From assembly GCF_964194025.1 (NCBI RefSeq), contig NC_134474.1, positions 40,548,001 to 40,612,000 on the forward strand: a stretch of DNA of 64,000 nt, written 5' to 3'. Shown here in pieces: positions 14,302 to 24,387 of the stretch. The stretch's first letter is position 1, and every line of letters starts with the position of its first letter. The stretch comes from Convolutriloba macropyga. Its lineage: Eukaryota. The position numbers and the translations under genes were made by a program. The notes under the pieces were generated by a model. It saw nothing but the letters and a program-made list of their open reading frames with translations, was not told the origin of the DNA and did not search any database.

Positions 14302-17300
14302 CTATCCAGTGGAGCTGATTAAATTAGTCACATCACCTATAAGTCGTCGTTTGTCTTCTTTTGACTGCTCATTTGAAGTTGTAACCTCATCACCGCTATC
14401 ATTAAGTTCACTTTGTACTTCAATATTTCCAAGGAAATACGTTTCATTCACTTCATATTCTCTAACGTTAGTTTTCGGTTTCACTTCATCAAATGGAATT
14501 TTCCCTAGATATCCTTTTCGGAATTGTGACAAAAATCTCAGCGAGGCTCCTGACCAATCGTATCGTCTCAAATATGAGCCACTCGAAATAAGCATGTGAC
14601 CATCTTCAGCTATTTTTGTCAGCAGGTCTCCGATGTTATCAGTCGGCTCTTTTAGTCCAAAAAACTTGACATAATTGAAGACTTCATAACTGTTTAACTG
14701 GTAGAGTAAGTAATCGGCAATACATTCATTTTCAAGAGAGGGTTTAACGTAGTCGAAAATTGCGAGTTTCATGCCTGTATCTATGCATGATATAGAGGGT
14801 GGCAAAATTCCTGGCGTGTCGTACAAAAACACAGGAGGGTAGTCCACAATTTTGACACGTTCCATTAAAGCGCGAGTTACACCTGAAAGTATCATTGATC
14901 ATTATCTTATCCAACAGCAATACACCATTTAGTGCTCTTAAATTGCTATCTGAAGATTACTCGTGTACAAAGGTGTGTAGTAACAAGGTGTTCTGGTATA
15001 ATACTAATAACTTTTTAATCAAAAAGTTTGCTTGTTGCGTGTGCATGCACTACAGTTTTTCTAAGTTTTTCAGGTGGGTTTCTACAAGCGGATGGATGGC
15101 AAAGCAGTTCTTCTTTTTTCTTCAGATACGAGGTCGACAACTTTTAGGTAAGTATTCAACAAAATAATGTTTTTTACAATAATAAAGCCAAAAAAGATGT
15201 GTTTAGTGAAGAAATAGGGCGTCACTCCCCCCTCCTCAGGGAAACTTCCGGACTTGAAAAAATATGTCGACATTTTGGTCGACGTCCAAAAATGTCGACA
15301 TTCATTGGTCGACGTCCAAAAATATTTCGATACAATTCGGCCACAAGACTCCAGTCCCAAATGTAATTGTTCCGTGTATAGAATTATGATGGCATCGTTA
15401 GAAAAATTGAAAATATGATGAGGCAACTATATAATGTCTTTTGGCGAATATATACTGGCTGTAGAAAATTGAATCCATTCGAAGTCATTGTTTGTCGGGG
15501 GCGTATGGAATAGAGCAAGATTGTAATCCAAATGAGAGTTGGCAGTTGTTGGAGCCGTTGATCAGAAAGAAGTTTGTCGAAAGGGCTTTTTAGTTTTACA
15601 ATAACACTGCACCTTAAACTGGGGATACGAGTGTGAAAGCATCGTACTGACTTTAGATGATGGCACATTCATACTACTGCGGCGAGACAGGGATGGCTTA
15701 TACAGTTTCATCTTATTGTCCTCGAAATGAAAAATTTCATACTGGTTCTTCCATTGCTGATACACATTATGAATTTCGGTGACATCATCAGACTTGACTA
15801 CAAGACAATGGCGAACATTATCATGTTTGAGGAGCGAAGGCATGTATTTTCGTATGATGTCAAATCTGTGGTAGGCCCAGATGAAGGCAATATGAAGGAA
15901 TAGGTTCAGAACAAAAACAATTATGGTAAGTGATAATGACAGTTTGATGGGAACATATTCTTTTAATTCAGATCGAAAAGTCGGTTTCAACTTGGACATG
16001 TCCATTGTCAGAGGTTGAGCAATCCTCACGAGATCTTCACTAGTTTTTATCTTAGGGCTTCTCAGAAGTTCTGCTCGCACTTTCCTCAAAAGTGTTACGC
16101 CTGCCTCTGTTCGGGTTTCAAAGTACGGTAAGTCTTTAACATCCGGAACTGCTCCTATCAGATGTTCGAGCGGGTCTGGCAGTTGTACATCAAGGAATTT
16201 TGCAGGAATTTTATCGCAGCTCTCCAGATCAGATCTTATTTTGATGTTGTCTCCCACTATCACTTGGAAATCACAGGCAACAGTAATTATACAAATTTTG
16301 CAACCGGGAATTAGTCGATTCCGCGATTTGTGTTGCTCCTGTAGGCTGTACTCTCGCATTTCGTAGGTGTCGATTGCAGAGGTGAGCAGCCATATGCCGT
16401 ATCCCAAGTTGTCTGCCTGTACTTGTGTCGGGAGGTAGAATACCTCTGTATCGCAAGTTTCAGCGGCTTTTAGGGAAGAGCTTAGAAATTGTGTCGCGAG
16501 ACATGAGGGGTGATTTACTTGAGATGCTAGCGGCTCGTGGCAAATTTTGTACCAGGAGGATCCTAGGCAGCTGTCGTACTGTGCTTGAGAGATCGTCATC
16601 GATTCCATTTGATCCTCGGAAATTGCAAGATATGGGTCTTCTATAACCCATTTAATTGCCATTCGAGGTTCTGTCAGTGGCATTGGTACCACTCGAGCAC
16701 TGTAAGTTGAAAATACTGTTTGGCGAGATGCAAGTGGAATCGTAAGGGTTAATATCAATCCTTCATTGACCGTTACAACATCGCGCAACAGCTTAGCATC
16801 ATAATAGGACAATGTCTGAATTTGGCGGTATTACCAGTGAGAGCCTGCTGCCTGAGAGAACAAGTTCGTCTCCGACTGATTGAAGAATTGCCAGTAGTGA
16901 TTCTTTGGGAACTAGGGACATCGGGAGGTGTTGCTGAAGAAGAGTTGGTATAGCATTCAAGACGTTCATTCGGTATGTATAGATTGCAGATCGATAACTT
17001 TTTACATCAGAGTATAGGAGTGACAGTATAAATGCCATGGTATCAAAGTTAAAATTTACTTGCTGATTCGAAAAGAGCATCTGAGTGATTCCTGATACTG
17101 CTAATGCTCCTATATGAGCGCCTCGTCGTACACGGCTCCCTTTTTCTCGGTTGGCATTCGGATAACCGAAACATCCCGTTTGGATTGGTTCATTTCGTGT
17201 TCAATTTTATGAAACATCCAGTTCACGTTGAATGATGAGTGATTTGATTGAAAATGAGAAGCAAAGTCAAGTGGACAATGGGAAGATGGAAGACTCCACA

Positions 17301-20300
17301 TGTGATTTAGTTTATCAAGCATTGTCACTATTTCTGGTTTCAGCGTGAAATTATATGAGGGAAATGGGACCAGAAACTGTACAGGAATAAATTTTTGTGC
17401 CAAAAGAATTTTTGACTCTTCATTAAATAGAATTCCTTTTTTTAAAACATCGTCGAATTCGTGTTCGTAGTCAGTCACAATAGTTTGGGTTAGGGCAAAT
17501 AAGGTTAAGGTTAGGAGGGTTAGGGTGTCAGCAAGCCTCGTCTAAACAAACTTCTCTTTATTATAATTAACTGCTGTGTTTGTGTTTTAGATGTAAAATT
17601 TAGCTCCTCTTGTATTGAGTTGAGTGGAAACAGGTAAAAGATGGAAGTGTGTGTTCTCCCTGTGTAAGTAATCTTGCTGTTTTCAGTTCCTTGTTATGTT
17701 GAAATTTGTTCTTGCCTCTGCTCTCTTAGCAGTCAGCTTGTGCTGTACTGTTATCGAGTGGCGAGGCCACATCTTGAATTGCTGTCACAACGGCTCATTC
17801 ATTGAGATGGACAACACAAAGGTGTGGGCCGGCTGTTGACAACACAAGTGTGAATTGGTTGTCAGTCATCACAATAATTGTGTCAGCTGTTTGCTGCTGT
17901 CAATTCTCTGTCTTCACTTTTCACTATTTAGTGTACTTAGTCCATACTCATTTCTAGACTGACTATTGATTACCGTTGGACTTAATTCTTAGTGTACTTT
18001 AGAAATACTTCAGCTTTGTTTTAGATATTTGTGCTTTGGTGTTTTAGTTTTTGCTTAGAACTCTGTGGATAACTTGACTTTCGACTCTAAACTTTCACAT
18101 CTCAGAGAATTTGGTGAACGCTTTCAGAGCTAAAAATTTTTCAGATAATTTTCATGAAGCGAACTTTAAAGAGTGGTTGTGTTAGACCAGAAGGTGTCAA
18201 CGTTTTACATGATGTTGTTCAAAACACATCGAATCTCCACAAGGTTTTATCTGTCAGTAATGTGGAGGCTATTGACCGAACAAAACCTGCTTTGGTTGAG
18301 TCTGTTAAGTGTATTAAGTACACTTCTGACAACACTCAGGTAAAAAATTATCAACTGTTCTCATAATTTTCATAAGTTTATTAGCCAGAAAATTTCTCTT
18401 TTGTTTTAGCGAACTATTGACAAATTGGTCTCAGTTGATCGATTGAAAAATAGTTATGACATTTCGGGAACCAGAACTGGAGAATTCGGCCCTTATGTTT
18501 ATATGGGTCTTTTTCCAAAAAATCCATGTGATTACAAAGTCACAGTGCCAAAAGAATCCCAAATTTCCAATCTTTCTTATGGTTACTTGCTGGTCACCCA
18601 AGGAAAAAATTTTACACGTTGGCATTCGGATTTCACTGAAGCTACAGATTGCCTGACTACGCTGTACGGCCAAGGTGAAAAATTTTGGTTTTTTGCTCCT
18701 CCTGGGTCTGTTGCAAAACAGCTCGAAGATGGATACATTTTTGCTTATCAATTTAAAGAATGTACTGAACAATATAGTGACAAAATCACTTTTTGTAAGC
18801 AACGAGTTGGGGATTCCGTTTATCTCCCGTATGGATGGTTACACAGTGTAGTTACAGTTAACAACATCGGAGGCTGTACCTCATTACTATCAGTTGGTTT
18901 AAAAGTCCCAGAAGAACGTCGTTCCGCTACTTGGAAATTGGTTACAAATAATCTGCCTCTAGGGAAGCGAAGACAGATAGTAAAAGAAGCTGGCCCAGTT
19001 ACTTCTACTGCTTCATTAAATTGAAGACGTATTATGACTACTGCAAAGTTTTTCCGAATAGCTTGTAATTTCTTTTAGTTTTTCAGTGCTTGATTAAGTT
19101 AAAACATGTTGAAATCAATTCAGTACTGGGAACTCATTTCCTATGAGTGTACTAGTGATGAAACGTTGTACAGCTGCACTATTGATTGCAGAAAAATGCA
19201 TATTGAAAATATCGATTGCAATTTCAGCATATTTTTGGCTGGAAGAGAAAAAAATTTTTTTATTCCCTATCTTAATACGTGGGGGGAATTGAGTTTTTTC
19301 CGTTTTTATGGTTACTATGGGTCCACTGGTGGTAAAGGCTGTGGTAGAGTCAGCTATCATGCAAGGAGAGCCCAGAGATTTTTTGGAAAATCAAGAGTTA
19401 ATTTTTGCACCCGGGGAGAGAAAAAATTTTTTATCCCCAATCTTAATACATGGGGGAATTCAGTTTTCCCGATCTTTATAGTAAATGGGGGTCCCCTGGT
19501 GATGAAACTTGGTAGGAAAGACTAACGTCCGGTCAGGAGAGCCTAGTAAATTTTTGAAAATTTAGAGTTCAAAATTGTCGCCGGAGAGAGAAAAAATTTT
19601 TTATCCCGTATCTTAATACATAGGGAAAAATAAAATTTTTCAACAACTCAAAAACTACTAGTACCCTGGTGATGAAATTTGCTCTGAATGTTTATGGGGT
19701 CTCAATTGTGCGTGGAAATTTATTTGTGTGCATATAACTTTTTTTTTAACCTCATTCTTGTCTTTTAGCTTTTTGATTAGATTGTATCAGGTACATACAT
19801 CAGGAACTCAATGCGAATGGAAACATAAAATATTATTATGATTGACTACGTTTAATATCAAACTAATATTATATTCGCTTTTTATATGTATGTAAATATC
19901 TAATTTGACATTTCGAAAGGTTTCTAAAATCATTTTACAAACGATAGGCCAATTTCTACTATCACTTTCACAGTCGATTTGAGAGATGGATAATTGATTA
20001 ACTTTATTGTTTTGAACATGCCGACGTAAGCTTAAGAGACAAGTGAGTATCACATTTTTTGAGAATGGTTGATTTTTTGACATTTTTGTGACTAAGCTGT
20101 AAACAGATCTGTAATTCTTTTTGTCTTCAAAAGAAAGAAAAGTTATTTGAATTTTGTGTCCTTTCGACTCGTTGCTAGGTAAGAGCTTCAAGTCAGTTAA
20201 TTTCTGATAGGGATTATCAGCCGTTACCGCTTGAGCAATTGAGTACGTAGAGTCAGAAATTTTCTGTGTTGTAAAGAATATCTGTGGATTAGGTCCAATA

Positions 20301-23300
20301 ATAGCACTGAGATGACCTTGTTTGCTTTTTCTTTATTCAACTTACTTTTTCGCCTGGCTCCTACAACTAAATTATGCAAGGGTGACGACTGTTTATGTGA
20401 TGATTGTGTTTTTGTTGAAGTTTTGTAGCGCGTGAAGGTCCTTGTTAATAGGCTAATCTCTTCGTGCTGTCTCTCGATGACTCTATAATTTTTTGGCGTT
20501 TCTGTTCTTTCGACAAGTTGGAGACGGGAATCAATATTCCTCCATCTCCTAACGAGATATTTACCGTTTTCCTTTTTGATTGAGTTACGGCTAGTTTTGG
20601 TATTTTTGTGGAGTCTGGATGAAATGTAACCCTTGTATTCACATTTTTCTGCGAAATAGGGGTTTCGAGTGTACATTCATGTCTTATCCTCGGAGATATT
20701 TGTTGATTGATTCCGGAAAGTCGGCGAAAGGAAATTCTGTTCACTCTTCTTGCATTCCTCCTGTATTGACCATTGGATGTACATCTTCTGCTGGATCTCG
20801 GTTTTCGTGAACTTCAATTTCAAAATCACTGTCTGACTCCAAAAGGATTTCTGGAGGTTCAGGAAAATTGAGAAGTTCTTTCGGTTCTGCTGGTTGTCTT
20901 GGTTGAGCAACCGCTGTTGGAAGCAGTACAGCTGGTAGTGGTACTGGTCCCGGTGCAGCTACTGTTCATGATAGTTCAGTGTAGTTGTGACAGGTTGACT
21001 TTCTTCCTGCTCAATTTGTTCTGGAACATCACTGATAAAAGTTCTGCTCAATTTCCTCATCGAACATTTCTGGTTCTTGACGATATTTTCCCAATACTGG
21101 ATCTGATACAAAATTGTCAGGGCTGATGTCTTCTAAATCAACTGGAGCTTCTGTAGGTTCGTAAGGTCTAAGTGTAATCCGATGAAGGCATTGTGTAAAG
21201 TTTGTTCCAACTTTACGAATTAGATAATTTGAATTCGTTAAAACTTTCCACTCGGTATAATGGTATCCAGACATGCATTGATTTGCTTCCAAAATCAGAT
21301 TGATGGGATAATTTAGGATTTAAAATGAGACAGTACGTATGAAGTTTTAATGGATTTGCGTTTGCTTTAGCGTCATAATAAGTGCGATATTTGTGGTAGC
21401 TTTCAATGAGTGAAGATTTTTCTGCAAACTTTTGTTGCATTGCATCCTGTAATTCAATCACAAAATCAGATTTGGGATCCAGCGTTTTAATTGCTTTGTT
21501 ATTGAATCTAACGTCAAGTGGTTTTACTGGTTCTCTTCCATGGAATATTGCCGTTGGAGAACATCCAATTGACGTGTAGTATGAGGTGTTGTGAATGTAA
21601 GTAGCAAGAGGTACATGTGCCAATTGGACCACTGGCTTAAGAATGCGCTTCAGTGCTCTATGAGCTCACTCAACTACTCCTACACTCAGCGTGTTTTAAA
21701 GTTGCATGTCCAATTTTTATTTCTAACAGTTTTGCTAATTCATGCATGAGTTCTGCTACTTAGTTTGTACCTAAATCTGAAATGATTGTATGGGGAATAT
21801 AGCTGTGCTGAAAAAATATTTTTGTGAGTTCAGTTGCAATTACTGTTGCTGTGATTCTTGTCAGTGGTACGGCAAACAAACATTTTGAAAATACATCAAT
21901 GCCTGTTAGTACGTATTTATATAGTGTTGATGGCAATGGGCTAACGATATCTATCTGAAGCAAGTCGCCTGGAAACGATTGCAATGACGATAGTGGTTGC
22001 AAAAAGGTTCGCAGGGCTTTGTTTGAAATTGCTTTTTGTTGTATGCATGTTAAACAATTTTTGATCATTTGATCAAATTACTCAACAAAACCTGGAAGGT
22101 AAAATCCTTTTCGCAACTCTTGCACTGTTCTAACTATTCCGACATGGCCTGCCGTAGGCGAATTGTGCAATATAACCTCTTTCCAAAGGTGCTTTGGTAG
22201 ACAATATTGTAAGTATTTCACTTTTCCGGTGTGATCAAAAAATTGTCTGTGGAGAATGTTTTCAATTAGTACTAGGCGGTCAAATTGTTTTTTGTACTTT
22301 TTAAGAGCAAAGGATGCATATTGCAAATCATCAATATGGTTTTGAAGCTTCCACTGAACAACGCTTTTTATAACCTCATCCTTTGTTTGTTCCACTTTAA
22401 GATCTAATGGGTTAAGTTTTTCCAAAAGGTCATTGAGTTGATCAGATGGATCACGCATAGAATTGCGTTGATTTCATTTTTGCAATATTTGAGTCGGATT
22501 AAGCCTGAAATGTCATCTGTTTCGGTATTTGTTTTTGTTTGCAATTGTATTGCATAAGAAGGTCATCGGAAATTCCTTTTTGTTTGAGTTCAGAAATCAC
22601 ATTTTGACCTATTTGTGAGGAATTTGAACTAAACAAACTTTCGAAGGTTTCCAAACAACTCAAGAAAACATCAGGTGATTTTGCAACCGTTTCTATCTCA
22701 ATTTCCTTAACAGGTATGCGATCTGATAATTTGAGCTGAATTGTCTGACTAGGGTCAGTTTGGACACGTGATAAAAAATCTGCGGCATAATTTGCTCTGC
22801 CGGGGATATGTGCAATTACAAGGTTAAATGACAAAATTCTGTCCAAGAAATTCCAAAGCGAAGGTGGAATTGCTTTTGAATGAAAAAATTGCGTCAAATT
22901 TTTATTATTAGTCAAGACTAAAACTGGTTTTTCTGTACCCCAGATAAAATGCGAGAAATGATCAAGGGCGAAATACAATCCCAAGAAGTAGTACAATCCC
23001 TTGTAGTATGAAATACAATGCCTTGTAGTATGTCGAGAATTTCAACTGAGATTCATTAAAAAGTTTTGTCCCGAAAGCTACTGGTGCATATAATTTTCGT
23101 TTTTTTGTTTTTTTGGTCTAGGATATAATCTTCAATCATCAGGACAAAGCCTGATCCGTAATAGCTAGCATCACATAATTACACATACTGTAAGCCTGGT
23201 TTTGCTAATCTTAGTGTTAAATTTGTAGCTTTTTGAAGATCTGTTTTCAAGATCTCTAGATTTTTGTCATGCTCATCAGTAATAAGTGTTCCACGTTTTT

Positions 23301-24387
23301 TCTCAACAGTTTATAAAATGGCAGCAGTTTCTCACCTAAATTAGGGATAAAATCTCTCAAAAATTGCAGAAATCCAATCAACCTTTTCACTTGTTTTACT
23401 GTGTTTGGCATGGTTAGTTTGCTCAAAAACTTTTTAATTCTTTCACTTTCTGGCTGAAAAGGTCGTCACTAGATTCGAACTACCTTTATTATGACCAACT
23501 TAAACGAAAATCTGACGATAGTTCAAAGTTTACAGTTAGTTTTAAAAACTTCAACTATATAACGAAATTATAAATTTGGTGGAGCTAAAGTTAATAATTC
23601 AAAATTTGAACGTCATTCGCTGAACAGAAGTATAGCTATTCTAATATTCTGTGCTATACCTGCTTAGGGTAATAAAGTGTTGAATGATAAGTAGTATTAG
23701 GTGCGGAAGTTAGCAATCAACGGCAAAACAAAAACAACACCTGACTTCAGTTAGAAGGGATGTTGCAAATTTGTACTCTCACCTGGTCTGGCACCCTCTT
23801 CTGCTACTTTGTGCTTCTTTCTAGCCATGTAAATTCGCCGCAGAGCGTTTATGATGGAGCTCTTCCCCACATTGGGAATTCCACACACCATCAGGCGGTA
23901 GTCGGGAACGAATTCTCGGTTGTAGCGGTCCTCATTGTTCACCACCTCTATTGATCGAGCTGAAGACATACAAACAAACTAATAGGGTATTTCAAGTTGG
24001 AACGAAAAAAACAACTTATCAAAAATACGTACCTACTAGGCCTTTTAATACTGGGTCTTTGTCCATTTTGGCATTACAAAATAAAACGTCTTTATAATCC
24101 TCCTCGGCCATTAACTGCTCCTTTATCACATTTCTCTGCCTTGAATTCCACAACGCCAAATCGGACTTGCATAGCAACAGAATCCTCGGTTTGATTCCGA
24201 TACGGTGTTTGAATGTCTTGTTACGACCTGTGAATGGTATCCTGGCATCGTGCACTTCGAATAGACAGTCGACGTATTTCAGTACATGTTGCATTTTGTT
24301 CATGCCCCTCATCATGTGCCCCGGAAACCAGGACAGTTGATCCCGATTTGGAAACACAAACGAGGAGCGAAATGCCTTTGCTGCCAT
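14302..24387 (-). CDS. MTG1: Mitochondrial ribosome-associated GTPase 1 (RbgA/YlqF family); exons 24387-24033, 23959-23783, 14882-14302; 370 aa
   Basis: N-terminal WFPGHM, EVHDARIP, G4-like CKSD, G1 GIPNVGKSS, PGVTR formed across the exon2/3 junction, G3 DTPG, C-terminal FRKGYLGK. Both introns are GT-AG, phase 1 and in frame. Confidence 0.93.
14960..15226 (-). repeat. 3' LTR of element 1 (distal end uncertain)
   Basis: Follows the PPT directly, starts (AG)TGACGCCC on minus, and contains ATTAAA near its end. No full second LTR is available to compare. Confidence 0.55.
15225..15238 (-). promoter_or_regulatory. Polypurine tract of element 1
   Basis: Minus strand GAGGAGGGGGGAG, downstream of env and abutting the LTR. 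Confidence 0.75.
15562..17541 (-). pseudogene. env: env: class I fusion glycoprotein (errantivirus env/baculovirus-F-like), frameshifted, with an apparent internal deletion
   Basis: Hydrophobic leader TLTLLTLTLFALT; RVRR|GAHIGALAVSGI at 17134-17099, in frame with ORF 16799-17080; 'LPMSLVPKESLLAIL', 'YYDAKL...LTLTIPL'; Cys-rich region; TM 'LSLTIIVFVLNLFLHIAFIWAY'; cytoplasmic tail. Confidence 0.8.
18154..19024 (+). CDS. JmjC-domain Fe(II)/2-oxoglutarate dioxygenase; exons 18154-18339 and 18410-19024; 266 aa; antisense within element 1
   Basis: YLLV..FTRWHSDF (His 18623, Asp 18629), GEKFWFFAPP (Lys 18680), FCKQRVGDSVYLPYGWLHSV (His 18842). A 70-nt phase-0 intron CAG|GTAAAA...TTGTTTTAG|CGA joins the two ORFs in frame. 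Confidence 0.88.
19230..19690. repeat. ~3 diverged tandem copies of a ~172-bp unit
   Basis: GAGA(G)AAAAAATTTTTTAT(T/C)CC..ATCTTAATAC(G/A)T recurs at ~19240, ~19413 and ~19583, each followed by an imperfect CCCTGGTGATGAAA-like block. Confidence 0.85.
19808..20332 (-). CDS. TARG1/OARD1 (Poa1p-like) macrodomain, likely the frameshifted C-terminus of pol
   Basis: IFFTTQKISDSTYSIAQAVTAD ... VYSLVTK ... LLSLRRHVQNNKVNQLSISQIDCESDSRNWPIVCKMILETF parallels TARG1 as recalled (ITYVKGDLF..SLAHCISED ... IYYLITK ... [41 protein letters not shown]). Confidence 0.8.
   Translation of the reverse strand, partial: RKSKQGHLSAIIGPNPQIFFTTQKISDSTYSIAQAVTADNPYQKLTDLKLLPSNESKGHKIQITFLSFEDKKNYRSVYSLVTKMSKNQPFSKNVILTCLLSLRRHVQNNKVNQLSISQIDCESDSRNWPIVCKMILETFRNVKLDIYIHIKSEYNISLILNVVNHNNILCFHSH
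20330..23456 (-). pseudogene. pol: Gypsy pol remnant: RT thumb, RNase H, integrase (HHCC, DDE, GPY/F-like) and a low-complexity tail
   Basis: PNTVKQVKRLIGFLQFLRDFIP; CDASYYGSGFVL; LGLYFALDHF..HIPGRANYAADFLSR; HNSPTAGHVG..CLTC; LQIDIV..IDVFSK..ISDLGTN; WIPLYRV. Multiple frameshifts and stops. Confidence 0.9.

Larger units (their letters stand above)
14960..23470 (-). mobile_element. Env-bearing Ty3/Gypsy LTR retrotransposon (element 1), lacking gag/PR/RT core, in MTG1 intron 2
   Basis: Minus-strand order is RT thumb, RNase H, integrase, macrodomain, (antisense JmjC), env, PPT, LTR. The left boundary is approximate. Confidence 0.88.

Noticed and set aside
17487-17525. Interstitial telomere
   Set aside because: Only two exact TTAGGG units, lying within the env leader coding sequence.
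18431-18802. Minus-strand 123-aa ORF overlapping JmjC
   Set aside because: Shadow ORF with no motifs.
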